From Acidobacteriota bacterium (GTDB lineage Bacteria > Acidobacteriota > Aminicenantia > Aminicenantales > UBA4085): 64,000 bases of DNA. The notes beneath the pieces are model-generated. The model did no database searches, was not told the origin of the DNA, and saw only the letters and a list, made by a program, of their open reading frames with translations. Each line of letters starts with the position of its first letter. Position 1 is the first letter of the stretch. Made by a program: the position numbers and the translations under genes. The stretch covers positions 755 to 64,754 of the forward strand of contig JAQULS010000001.1 of NCBI GenBank assembly GCA_028749235.1, in the 5' to 3' direction. Shown piece after piece: positions 55,557 through 64,000 of the stretch.

Positions 55557-56726
55557 ATGACACATGTTTACCTCGACGCCTTCGCCGGCTTGAGCGGCGA
55601 TATGATGCTGGGGGCGCTTCTCGACCTGGGCGTCTCCCGGGCCAAGTTCCGCAAGGCCGTCGCCTCCCTGGACCTGCCGATCCGGCTCGTCATCCACGAC
55701 GTCGAACGATCGCATCTGCGCGGCCTCAAGGTCGACGTTCTGATCGCTTCCCCGGGCTCCCCGGCCCGCCGCTTCGCCGACGTCGAGCGCTTCCTGCGCC
55801 GGGCTCCCTTGGCCCCGGCGGTGCGGGAGCGAAGCCGGGCCGTCTTCGAGACCCTCTTCCGGGCCGAGGCCAAGGTTCACGGCGAACCGTTCGATCGCGT
55901 TCATCTGCACGAGGCCGGGGCGGACGACGCCCTGGCGGACGTCGTCGGGACCTGCTGGCTGCTCGATGAGCTGGGCGTCACGGACCTGGCCTGCTCGCCG
56001 CTCAACGTCGGCTCGGGCTGGGTCAAGACGTCGCACGGCGTCCTGCCCGTGCCGCCGCCGGCCGTGGCCGAGCTTCTGCGGGGCCTGCCCGTCTATGCCG
56101 CCCACGCCGAGGCGGAGCTCGTCACTCCGACCGGGGCCGCCCTGGTCAAGACGCTCGCCTCCCGCTTCGTCCCGTTCCCCGAGCTGACCTACGACCGGAT
56201 CGGCTGCGGGGCGGGCGGCCGCGACCTGCCCGGCCTGCCCAACGTCCTGCGGGCCTTTGGCGGCTCGCGGCCCGTCCTCGATCCCGGCCGCCGGGTCTAC
56301 CGGATCGAGGCGACGATCGACGACTCCACGCCTCAGGTCCTGGCCGCCTTTCTCGACCGGGCCCTGGAGCTCGGGGCCCTGGACGCCTTCCTGGCGCCCG
56401 TGGTCATGAAAAAGGGCCGGCTGGGGACGCAGCTGACGCTGCTGGCCGATGCCGCGCGCCTGGACCGTCTGATCCAGGCCGTCTTCGAGGAGACCAGCTC
56501 GATCGGCGTCCGCTACCACGCCGTCGAGCGCCGGACCCTGGAGCGGACGATGGAGAAAGCCGCCCTGCTGGGGGCCTCCATCAGGATCAAGACGGCCCGG
56601 ATGGGCGGCCGGGTCGTCAACGCCCAGCCCGAGTACGACGACTGCCTGGCTCTGGCCCGCCGCAAGGGCCTGCCGCTGCGTGACGTTCAGCGGCTGGCCG
56701 CGGCCGCCCACGCGCTGCGGAAATGA
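55557..56726 (+). CDS. larC: nickel-pincer cofactor biosynthesis protein LarC (DUF111 family nickel insertion protein)
   Basis: [25 protein letters not shown] is the canonical DUF111/LarC N-terminus. 389 aa. Confidence 0.8.
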   Translation: MTHVYLDAFAGLSGDMMLGALLDLGVSRAKFRKAVASLDLPIRLVIHDVERSHLRGLKVDVLIASPGSPARRFADVERFLRRAPLAPAVRERSRAVFETLFRAEAKVHGEPFDRVHLHEAGADDALADVVGTCWLLDELGVTDLACSPLNVGSGWVKTSHGVLPVPPPAVAELLRGLPVYAAHAEAELVTPTGAALVKTLASRFVPFPELTYDRIGCGAGGRDLPGLPNVLRAFGGSRPVLDPGRRVYRIEATIDDSTPQVLAAFLDRALELGALDAFLAPVVMKKGRLGTQLTLLADAARLDRLIQAVFEETSSIGVRYHAVERRTLERTMEKAALLGASIRIKTARMGGRVVNAQPEYDDCLALARRKGLPLRDVQRLAAAAHALRK

Positions 56727-56733
56727 GGTTTCG

Positions 56734-57375
56734 ATGACGACCGCAAAAAAGACGAAAAATCCCGCCGCTCCCAAACCGGAGCCGACCAAGGGCATGGACT
56801 TGGCCCGCATCGAGAAGGGCGTGCGACTGATCCTGAACGGGGTGGGCGAAGACCCGCGCCGGGAAGGCCTGCGCGAGACCCCGGCCCGGGTGGCCCGGAT
56901 GTACCGCGAAATCCTGGGCGGACTGCACGAAAACCCCGAGATTCATCTGCGGACGGTGCACAAGGAAAAACACGACGAGATGGTCCTGATCAAGAACATC
57001 CCTATGTACTCGATGTGCGAACACCATATGCTGCCCTTCGCCGGGGTGGCCCACGTCGCCTACATCCCCAAGGACGGCCGGATCGTCGGCCTGTCCAAGA
57101 TCGCCCGCGTCGTCGAGGGCCTGTCCCGCCGTCTCCAGGTGCAGGAGCGGCTGACCAAGCAGACCGCCGACATGATCATGGACCATCTCGACCCGCAGGG
57201 CGTCATGGTCGTGATCGAGGCCGAGCACATGTGCATGTCCATGCGGGGCGCCAAGAAACCCAAGTCGATCACCATCACCTCGGCCGTGCGGGGCATCTTC
57301 CGCACCCACCCGGTCACCCGGGCCGAGGCCATCACGCTCATCCGAGGAGGGCTGACCGGTGGAAAAGAAGTCTAA
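56734..57375 (+). CDS. folE: GTP cyclohydrolase I
   Basis: ...[22 protein letters not shown]... with the FolE zinc-site signature. Confidence 0.88.
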   Translation: MTTAKKTKNPAAPKPEPTKGMDLARIEKGVRLILNGVGEDPRREGLRETPARVARMYREILGGLHENPEIHLRTVHKEKHDEMVLIKNIPMYSMCEHHMLPFAGVAHVAYIPKDGRIVGLSKIARVVEGLSRRLQVQERLTKQTADMIMDHLDPQGVMVVIEAEHMCMSMRGAKKPKSITITSAVRGIFRTHPVTRAEAITLIRGGLTGGKEV

Positions 57376-59320
57376 GCAAACCTTTTTCGTCACGACGCCG
57401 ATCTACTACGTCAACGACGTGCCGCACATCGGCCACGCCTACACCACGATCATCGCCGACGCCCTGGCCCGCCACAACCGGCTGGCCGGGCGCGAGGTCT
57501 TCTTCCTGACCGGGACGGACGAGCACGGCCAGAAGATCGAGAAGGCGGCCGCCGAGCGCGGCATCACGCCGATCGAGCTGGCCGATTCCGTCGTCACCAG
57601 GACCCAGAACCTGTGGCAGGCGCTGGACATCTCGCAGGACTTTTTCGTCCGGACGACGATGCCCTTTCACGAGAAGGGCGTCCAGGAGATCTTCCGCCGC
57701 ATGCTGGCCAAGGGGGACATCTACAAGGGCGAGTACAAGGGCTGGTACTGCGTCTCGGACGAGGCCTTCCTGCCCGACGATGCTCCCATCGGCAAGGACG
57801 GCGCCAAGATCTGCCCGGACTGCGGCCGGGCGGCCGTCGTCCTGGCCGAGCCGACCTACTTTTTTCGGCTCTCGGCCTACCAGCAGAAGCTCCTCGACCA
57901 CTTTGAGGCTCACCCGGACTTCGTCCGGCCCCCGAGCCGGATGAACGAGGTCGCCAGCTTCGTCCGCGGCGGCCTGCGCGACATCAGCATCACCCGGACG
58001 ACCGTCAAGTGGGGCGTTCCGGTCCCCGACGATCCGGCCCACACGATCTACGTCTGGTTCGACGCCCTCCACAACTACATCACGGCCCTGGGCTGGGACT
58101 GGAACAGGGAGCGGTTCGAGAAGTTCTGGCCGGCCAGCCTCCACCTCATGGGCAAGGACATCCTGCGCTTCCACGCCGTCTATTGGCCGGCCTTCCTGAT
58201 GGCCTCGGGCTTCGCCCTGCCGGACTGCATCTTCGGTCACGGCTGGTGGCTGAAGGACGAGGCCAAGATGTCCAAGTCCCTCGGCAACGTCCTCGATCCC
58301 TACCTGATCATCAACACCCTGGGCCCGGACCCCCTCCGTTACTTCCTGCTGCGCGAGATCCCGATCGGCCTGGACGGCAATTTCTCCCACGAGGGATTCA
58401 TCCACCGGGTCAATTCCGACCTGGCCAACGACTTCGGCAATCTGGTCCACCGGACCCTGAACATGGTCCAGCAGTATTTCGGCGGCACGATCGGGGAGCC
58501 GGCCGCGGAGGAGGCCCAGGACGCCGCCCTCAGGGCCGCCTTCGAAAGCGCCCGGACCGCCGTCTTGGCCCACTACGAAGACTATGCCCCGGCCAAGGCG
58601 CTCGAGGAGCTGTGGGCTTTCATCGGCCTGGCCAACAAGTACCTGGCCGACAACGCGCCCTGGAAGCTGGCCAAGGACCCGGCCCTTCGCGGGCGCCTGG
58701 CCAGGGTTCTCTGGCAGGCGGCCGCGGCCATCCGCGGCTCGAGCCACCTGGCCGCTCCGGTCATGCCCGGCTCGGCCCGCAGGATCTGGGACCTTTTGGG
58801 CGAGACGCGCTCGCCGCTCGACGTTCTCTACGCCGATTTCCGCTTCGATGACCTCGATCCGGCCCGGCCGATGAAGCCGCCCGTCCCCCTCTTCCCCCGG
58901 ATCGATCTGAAAGAATTCCTGGCCGGGCCGGCGGCGGTCCCGCCGGCAGCCGAGCGCCCGGCGGAGCCGAAAAAGCCCCCGAAGGAGACGACCATGGACA
59001 TCATCACCTACGAGGAATTCAAGAAGCTCGACCTGCGCGTGGGCCTTGTTCTCAAGGCCGAGCGGGTCGAGGGGGCGACCCGGCTGCTGAAGCTCCAGAT
59101 CGACCTGGGCGGCGAGCAGCGCCAGATCGTGGCCGGCGTCGCCGAAACCTACGCGCCCGAGGACCTGGTGGGGAAACGGTTCACGGTCATCGCCAACCTC
59201 AAGCCGGCCGTGATCCGGGGCGTCGAATCGCAGGGCATGCTCCTGGCCGGGATCAGGGACGGCAAGGCTTTCATCCCGTTTTTCGAGGGCGACATACCGG
59301 CCGGCAGCAAGGTCCAGTGA
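57359..59320 (+). CDS. metG: methionine--tRNA ligase with C-terminal tRNA-binding (EMAP/Trbp111-like) domain
   Basis: HIGH motif (PHIGHAYT), zinc knuckle CPDCG, KMSKS (KMSKSLGN). C-terminal ...[26 protein letters not shown]. Confidence 0.92.
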   Translation: MEKKSKQTFFVTTPIYYVNDVPHIGHAYTTIIADALARHNRLAGREVFFLTGTDEHGQKIEKAAAERGITPIELADSVVTRTQNLWQALDISQDFFVRTTMPFHEKGVQEIFRRMLAKGDIYKGEYKGWYCVSDEAFLPDDAPIGKDGAKICPDCGRAAVVLAEPTYFFRLSAYQQKLLDHFEAHPDFVRPPSRMNEVASFVRGGLRDISITRTTVKWGVPVPDDPAHTIYVWFDALHNYITALGWDWNRERFEKFWPASLHLMGKDILRFHAVYWPAFLMASGFALPDCIFGHGWWLKDEAKMSKSLGNVLDPYLIINTLGPDPLRYFLLREIPIGLDGNFSHEGFIHRVNSDLANDFGNLVHRTLNMVQQYFGGTIGEPAAEEAQDAALRAAFESARTAVLAHYEDYAPAKALEELWAFIGLANKYLADNAPWKLAKDPALRGRLARVLWQAAAAIRGSSHLAAPVMPGSARRIWDLLGETRSPLDVLYADFRFDDLDPARPMKPPVPLFPRIDLKEFLAGPAAVPPAAERPAEPKKPPKETTMDIITYEEFKKLDLRVGLVLKAERVEGATRLLKLQIDLGGEQRQIVAGVAETYAPEDLVGKRFTVIANLKPAVIRGVESQGMLLAGIRDGKAFIPFFEGDIPAGSKVQ

Positions 59321-60790
59321 TCAGAGCAGGGGGACTTTCTTCTCGGCGAACACTTTAAGGCAGGCGTCCACCACGGCGATATCGAATTGTTTGCCGCGCT
59401 GGGAGCGAAGCTCATCCAGGGCCGCTCCGATCCCCAGGGCCGGCCGGTAAGGCCGGTGGGAAGCCATGGCCTCGATGACGTCGGCCGCGCCTATGATCTG
59501 GGCCTCGATCAGGATCTGATCTCCCTGCAAACCCCTCGGATACCCGGAGCCGTCCAGACGTTCGTGGTGCTGGTGGACGATCTCGGCGATGGGCCAGGGA
59601 AACTCCACGTTCTTCAAAATCTCGAAGCCGAAGCGGGCATGCTCCCGGACCAGGCGCCGCTCGGCTTCCGAGAGCCGGCCCGGCTTGCTCAGGATCTCGG
59701 CCGGGATCGAGGTCTTACCCACGTCGTGGATGACGCCGGCGAAACGGATGGCTTCGATCTTCGTGGCGTCCAGGCCCATCTCCGTGCCGACGGCCCGGGC
59801 CAGGTTGGCCACCCGCTTCTGATGCCCCGCCGTCCCCGGGTCGCGCATTTCGACGGTCGCGGCCACGACGTTGATGATGTTGCCCAGGGCCTTGCGGAGC
59901 TGGCCGGCGATCAGGGCTTGTTCCGCCTCGGCCCGCTTGCGGTCGGTCAGGTCGCGGATGACGTACTGAATGCCATAGACGCGGCCGTCGGCGTCCTTGA
60001 CCAGGGCGCCCCGGATCTCGACCGGGAGCTTGACGCCGTCCCTCCGGCGCAGCGTTCGTTCCACCGCGGGCACATCCTCGCCGCGCTTCAAGGATTCGAA
60101 TCTGGCCGAGATCGCCTCGGCATCTTCGCCGATTATGAATTCATTCGCCGTGCAGCCGGCGATGTCCTCGAGCGGAACGCCGAGCAGGAGCCCCCCCTGG
60201 CGGTTGGCCGTCACGGCCCGGCCCCGCTGGTCGACCAGGAAGACGCCGTCGGCGGACGACTCGAAAAGGATCCGGAACCTCGTCTCGCTTTCCGTGACGG
60301 CCCGTTCCTGGCTCTTGCTCCGGCTGATGTCCTGGCCGATGACCAGAATGGCGGCCGGGTCTCCGGTCGTCCCGCGGACGATTCGGGCGGAGACAAGGGC
60401 GTCGAAAGACTCCCCGGTCCCCTTGCGGCAGAGGCATTCCCGGTTGGAAAAAAGGCCCAGGTCCGTGATCACGGCCAGACCCCGGACGGCCGCTTCGTAC
60501 TCGCGGGGATCGAGGAGCTGGTCGGCTCTCATCCCGACGAGATCAAAGCGGTTCGGGTAGCCGAAGAGATCCGCCGCCGCCTTGTTGCAGTCGATGATGA
60601 TCCCCTTGAGGGAAACCAGGAAGATGGCGGCCGGGGACATCTCCATGAACAGGGGGACGTCCATCACCGGCAGGGCGATCGCTTCCATCTCGCCTATCGG
60701 CTTGTCTAACGGAAAAAGATCGGTCCCGGCGGAAGGCGGAGCGAATCCGGCGTTCGAGGGGCTCGACCCGGCCCGGCGGCGGTTAAACAT
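59321..60790 (-). CDS. PAS-domain-containing HD-GYP c-di-GMP phosphodiesterase
   Basis: Two PAS-like regions, then HD motif (VIHDVGK) and HHERLDGSGYPRGL (GYP motif). Stop abuts the metG stop (convergent). Confidence 0.85.
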   Translation of the reverse strand: MFNRRRAGSSPSNAGFAPPSAGTDLFPLDKPIGEMEAIALPVMDVPLFMEMSPAAIFLVSLKGIIIDCNKAAADLFGYPNRFDLVGMRADQLLDPREYEAAVRGLAVITDLGLFSNRECLCRKGTGESFDALVSARIVRGTTGDPAAILVIGQDISRSKSQERAVTESETRFRILFESSADGVFLVDQRGRAVTANRQGGLLLGVPLEDIAGCTANEFIIGEDAEAISARFESLKRGEDVPAVERTLRRRDGVKLPVEIRGALVKDADGRVYGIQYVIRDLTDRKRAEAEQALIAGQLRKALGNIINVVAATVEMRDPGTAGHQKRVANLARAVGTEMGLDATKIEAIRFAGVIHDVGKTSIPAEILSKPGRLSEAERRLVREHARFGFEILKNVEFPWPIAEIVHQHHERLDGSGYPRGLQGDQILIEAQIIGAADVIEAMASHRPYRPALGIGAALDELRSQRGKQFDIAVVDACLKVFAEKKVPLL

Positions 60791-60910
60791 GGAGCCATTC
60801 TAAAAGCAACGGGATGAAGAAGGAATCGCCCACAGGAAGCATTCCGGGGGGTGATTTTTCCCGCCGGCCTCTCACCCCGAAAGATGAGCCTCTCCGCCTC
60901 TAAATATGGT

Positions 60911-61021
60911 CCATCTCCCGATTTCGGGAAACGCGGCGGGGAGTCACCGTTCGGGGGAACGGTGCCATGCGCCGTGATCGGATCTCGGCTGGGCTATTGT
61001 TCTGAGGAAAGGCTACGGCGC
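60911..61021. repeat. intergenic repeat element family 2, copy D
   Basis: ccatctcc...caccgttcgggggaacggtgccatgcgccgtgatcggatct...ggctacggcgc. About 80 percent identical to 52076-52179 by eye. Confidence 0.65.
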
Positions 61022-61076
61022 AAGACCGTCCCGGCCAGGCTTGGCGCGGCCCTCGTTAGGACGAATTCCTATTCGG

Positions 61077-61104
61077 TCCTCGCGAGGACGGCGCGGGTTT
61101 TTTA
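61077..61104 (+). terminator. possible rho-independent terminator (GTCCT-cgcg-AGGAC ... ggcgcggg TTTTTT) on the plus strand in a gene-free region
   Basis: Palindrome gtcctcgcgaggac followed 8 nt later by a T6 run. No annotated plus-strand gene upstream, so it may end a small RNA or be coincidental. Confidence 0.3.
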
Positions 61105-61129
61105 CGCCTTTTTCCGCTACTCTGACTCG

Positions 61130-61158
61130 CACCGTTTTTCATGATATGAAAAACGGTG
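61130..61158. other. perfect 13-bp inverted repeat CACCGTTTTTCAT-gat-ATGAAAAACGGTG in the AT-richer intergenic region
   Basis: Seen directly in sequence. No flanking T-run on either strand, so more likely a protein-binding site than a terminator. Confidence 0.5.
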
Positions 61159-61336
61159 TCAAACATACTCCGGCGCCCCGCCGCGCTTCGCAGTCCTTGG
61201 AGGGACGTCGCTTCGAAAGTCCCCGCGAGGATTGGGTTCCCTCGGAGAGGTGCGTAAAAAGGCTAAAACCCGCGCGATTTCGCCGTTGGCCGGCACTCCC
61301 CACCGCTTAACTTTTCCCGATATCGGGAGATGATCC

Positions 61337-61978
61337 TCAAATATCAAGGACGGTCCGGATCCGGTCCCACGCAACGGCTCCCGGACGGAGGAGGAGGGGT
61401 TCCGGGCCCGACAGGTCGACGATCGTCGAAACGGCTCCCCCCGGCGTCTTCCCGCCGTCGATCATCAAGTCCACCCGGCCCTCGAAAAGGCGCCGGGCCT
61501 CGGCCGCCGCATCGATCTCGGACGCTCCGGAGCGGTTGGCGCTGGTCGAGGTCAGGGGGAATCCCGTCCGATCGAGCAGACCGCGAAGCCACGGCAGGGC
61601 GGGGACGCGCATGGCCACCGTGCCGCCCGGGCCGAGCATCGCGGCCGGAAGAACGGGCCGGGCCGGGACGACCAGGCTCAACGGCCCGGGCCAAAACACG
61701 GCCGCCAGCCGGCGGAACGCCTCCGGGAGGACGGCGGCGACGGCCGCCGCCATCTCGAGGCCCGAGACCACGATCGGCAGGGGCCTGTCGCGGAAGCGTT
61801 CTTTAAGCTCATAGATCCGGTCCACGGCCGCGGCCGAGAAGGCGTTCCCGCCCAGCCCGTAGAAGGTGTCGGTCGGGTAAACCGCGATTCCATCCCGGCC
61901 GAGGATGGCCGCCGCCTCCCCTTCCTGGGGCAGGGACCGGGCGTCCGGGAGCGCGTAAAGAATGCGTGTGGCAGGCAT
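61337..61978 (-). CDS. tsaC: L-threonylcarbamoyladenylate synthase (YrdC/Sua5 family)
   Basis: ...DGIAVYPTDTFYGLGGNAFS... and ...FPLTSTSANRSGASEI... are YrdC signatures. 213 aa. Confidence 0.85.
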   Translation of the reverse strand: MPATRILYALPDARSLPQEGEAAAILGRDGIAVYPTDTFYGLGGNAFSAAAVDRIYELKERFRDRPLPIVVSGLEMAAAVAAVLPEAFRRLAAVFWPGPLSLVVPARPVLPAAMLGPGGTVAMRVPALPWLRGLLDRTGFPLTSTSANRSGASEIDAAAEARRLFEGRVDLMIDGGKTPGGAVSTIVDLSGPEPLLLRPGAVAWDRIRTVLDI

Positions 61979-62140
61979 GGAGACCGTTCGAACCCACTTT
62001 ATGGGAGCCCGGCCCGCCTGTCAATCTTTACAAACCGAACCCTTCCCTTTAAACTGAGAGGGCGGGAAAAGCGGGCCTTCGAAGCGAGGGCCCCATCCCG
62101 GGCATGGCATCTGCGCCGAACGGGGCGAAGGAGATCCGCG

Positions 62141-62902
62141 ATGAAAAGAGCTCTCGTCCCTTTGATCCTGGCCCTGCTGGCCTTGACCGCCGTCCCGGCC
62201 GCGGCCGACATGGCGTCGTTCCGGCTGAGCTTCAATATACCGACCATGCGGAGCGATTTCTGGACGAACGAGTTTACCCAGCTGACCCTGACCAGGAAGG
62301 GCTTCCAGGAAACCTCCTTCGGGCTCGCCTATGAGTTGTTCCTGACCCGCGAAATCAGCCTGGTCCTCGGCCTGGACATTTTCGCCAGGACCAAGAGCGG
62401 GATGTACCGCGATTACGTGGCCTATTCCCTGGCGGAGGGGGAGTTCGCCTTCCCTGACAACTACTACGGCGACTACATTCCCACCCATACCATCCGTTAT
62501 TCCGTGACCCCGATCCAGCTTTCGGTCAAGCTGACTCCGCTCGGACGCCGGGCCGGTTTGATTCCCTACGTCGGCGGCGGCATCGCCGTCTATTTCTACA
62601 ACCTGCGGAGGTCCGGCGACGTCATCGACTTCGACAACCCCTCCCCTTACACCGACGCCCAAGGCAACGAAGTCCGGATATACCCGATCTCCGATACCGA
62701 CGACTATGAAAGCAGCTTCGGCCGCTTCGGCTTCGGCTACCAGGTCTTCGGAGGCTTGATGATCCCGATCGGAGACCAGATGACGATCGACGGCGGGATT
62801 CAGTTCAACAGGGGGCAAGCCAAACTGAAGTCTTTTCCGGGATTCGAGCCGCTCGACCTGGGCGGCTTTCTGATCTCGATCGGGTTCAACTACTGGTTCT
62901 GA
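62141..62902 (+). CDS. outer membrane beta-barrel protein (hypothetical)
   Basis: Signal peptide MKRALVPLILALLALTAVPAAA. Alternating hydrophobic beta-strands. C-terminal ...GFNYWF aromatic terminus. Confidence 0.7.
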   Translation: MKRALVPLILALLALTAVPAAADMASFRLSFNIPTMRSDFWTNEFTQLTLTRKGFQETSFGLAYELFLTREISLVLGLDIFARTKSGMYRDYVAYSLAEGEFAFPDNYYGDYIPTHTIRYSVTPIQLSVKLTPLGRRAGLIPYVGGGIAVYFYNLRRSGDVIDFDNPSPYTDAQGNEVRIYPISDTDDYESSFGRFGFGYQVFGGLMIPIGDQMTIDGGIQFNRGQAKLKSFPGFEPLDLGGFLISIGFNYWF

Positions 62903-63756
62903 TTCTTCCGGACCGGAACGCTCTCGCTCCGGTCGAAGGGCAGGACGATCCTTCCCCATTCCCAGGCCGCCTCGACCTGGCCCTGGAAGCGGATCGGGAC
63001 GAGAAGGCTCCCGAAGGCCTCGGCCACGTCCTTGCCGATCTCCCAGAAGTCCAGCAGGAGGTCCACGGCCAGGGTCTTCTCTCCCCGCGCCTCGACCGGA
63101 CCGGCGTCCCGGATCGTCCCCTCGGCCAGGACCTTGTCGCCGACGCTCAGCTTGTAGGCGACGCTCTCGATCCGCAAGGGGAAGCCGTTGGGATTGACGA
63201 GCGCGCCCCGGAAGGTCAGGTCCCCGCCGCCCAGAGAGAGGGAGCGGGCCTCGAACGGAAGGCCCTTGGCGTCGAATCCGAGGAAGACGGGAAACTCGCC
63301 GCTGAAGGCGATCGGAACGCGCTCTTCCCGCCGCCTCTCGTCCTGGAACACCATCCCGCCGACGAGATTGCAGGCGATCCGATCCCGTCCCCGGATTCCG
63401 GGGATGACGGTATAGAGTGTATCGTAGGTGAAGCGGACCGGGAAGGCGACGGTCGTCTCCCCCTTGGCCGGAACGGGGATGGCCGCTTCCAGGTCCATCT
63501 CCTGCCTGAAGTAGTCGATCGAGCCGATGATGACGCGGTAATCATAGCGGGTCAGGGACCGCTTGGAGGACGTCAAGTTCTTGAGATCGAGGACGAAGAC
63601 CAGGGTCACGCCCTGCGGGCTGACCTCGCGCGCGATCCGCTCGCGAACGGCGACTTCGACGTCGTATTTTTGGGCCGGGACGGCCGCGGCGGCCGCCGCG
63701 CCCGCCGCCAGGACGAACAGGAGAGCCGTCGCGAGTCGAACATTTGATTGGGACAT
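62890..63756 (-). CDS. LEA14-like (LEA_2/WHy domain) secreted protein, two repeats
   Basis: Signal peptide MSQSNVRLATALLFVLAAGAAAAAA. Two repeats with LEA_2-like pattern (VTLVFVLDLKNLTSSKRSL...YDYRVIIG and IESVAYKLSVGDKVLAEGTI). Assignment tentative. Confidence 0.45.
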   Translation of the reverse strand: MSQSNVRLATALLFVLAAGAAAAAAVPAQKYDVEVAVRERIAREVSPQGVTLVFVLDLKNLTSSKRSLTRYDYRVIIGSIDYFRQEMDLEAAIPVPAKGETTVAFPVRFTYDTLYTVIPGIRGRDRIACNLVGGMVFQDERRREERVPIAFSGEFPVFLGFDAKGLPFEARSLSLGGGDLTFRGALVNPNGFPLRIESVAYKLSVGDKVLAEGTIRDAGPVEARGEKTLAVDLLLDFWEIGKDVAEAFGSLLVPIRFQGQVEAAWEWGRIVLPFDRSESVPVRKNQNQ

Positions 63757-63868
63757 CTTCGTCTCTCGGCCGCCCGAAGGCGGAGAAAGAAAGCTTAGTC
63801 TACACGAATCGCGGCCGGGGGACAACCCGCGTAGTCTCGTGTATAATACCCTCCGGATCGAAGTCCTC

Positions 63869-64000
63869 ATGCCGATTCCCGAGCCCTCCTTTCGCGACCG
63901 GGCGCTCTTCGTCCGGCTCTTCGGCCCCGACGTCTACGCCGTGGGCGGATACGTCCGCGACCTTCTGCGGGGCGCCGGGCCGGAGGAAGTGGACCTTTTG
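63869..64000 (+). CDS. tRNA nucleotidyltransferase (CCA-adding)/poly(A) polymerase family protein, N-terminal fragment (runs off window end)
   Basis: MPIPEPSFRDRALFVRLFGPDVYAVGGYVRDLLRG is the GG(Y/A)VRD head-domain motif. Confidence 0.6.
   Translation, partial: MPIPEPSFRDRALFVRLFGPDVYAVGGYVRDLLRGAGPEEVDLL

Noticed and set aside
59321-59323. Possible gene fusion or overlap of metG and the HD-GYP gene
   Set aside because: The two genes are convergent and their stop codons simply abut (tga/tca at 59318-59323). There is no overlap of coding sequence.
1-64000. Mobile elements, prophage, tRNA or rRNA genes
   Set aside because: No integrase, transposase, recombinase or phage structural genes seen. 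No sequence with tRNA T-loop/acceptor features or rRNA-like conservation noticed. The only repeats are the short intergenic hairpin elements.

Overview
This is a GC-rich (roughly two-thirds G+C by eye) bacterial chromosomal segment with dense coding on both strands. Its gene content is housekeeping genes interleaved with accessory islands, and the long Arg/Gly/Pro-rich ORFs in the six-frame track are antisense artefacts of the real genes. Main contents, in order:

1. A translationally coupled minus-strand operon (1-5820): indolepyruvate:ferredoxin oxidoreductase iorA/iorB, an ADP-forming acyl-CoA synthetase, and an SthA-like flavoprotein. A divergent Fe-S Rrf2 regulator follows.
2. Cytochrome c biogenesis genes ccsB/ccsA, then thiE/thiM.
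3. A copper-resistance operon: csoR, copA, and a secreted tandem-YHS, Met-rich protein.
4. mnmA, an outer membrane beta-barrel protein, and a membrane protein plus ABC ATPase pair.
5. yebC and ruvC, separated from ruvA/ruvB by about 8.9 kb. The intervening block holds a 1380-aa hybrid sensor kinase with a GGDEF response regulator, ychF, and a discoidin-domain glycoside-hydrolase-like protein.
6. queA and a TAT-exported Gfo/Idh/MocA (GH109-like) oxidoreductase.
7. The centrepiece (33387-41587): a 12-gene bacterial microcompartment locus. It encodes an RnfC/PduS-like Fe-S flavoprotein, a PduT-like BMC-T, PduL, three BMC-H, acetate kinase, three BMC-P, a CoA-acylating aldehyde dehydrogenase and a class II aldolase. 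This is the architecture of the Planctomycetes/Verrucomicrobia-type (fucose/rhamnose, lactaldehyde-processing) metabolosome, here with an added PduS/PduT redox pair and unusual enzyme extensions.
8. Downstream: peptidases (M28, M48/DUF45, tricorn-like S41), a DUF2961 protein, an acyl-CoA ligase, a tnaA-like lyase, a PfkB kinase, MTA phosphorylase, larC, folE, metG, an HD-GYP phosphodiesterase, tsaC, an OMP, a LEA14-like protein and the start of a CCA-adding enzyme.

Two families of roughly 100-120 bp intergenic repeats with hairpins recur, mostly immediately after stop codons of minus-strand genes. I found no rRNA, tRNA, CRISPR array, transposase or integrase.
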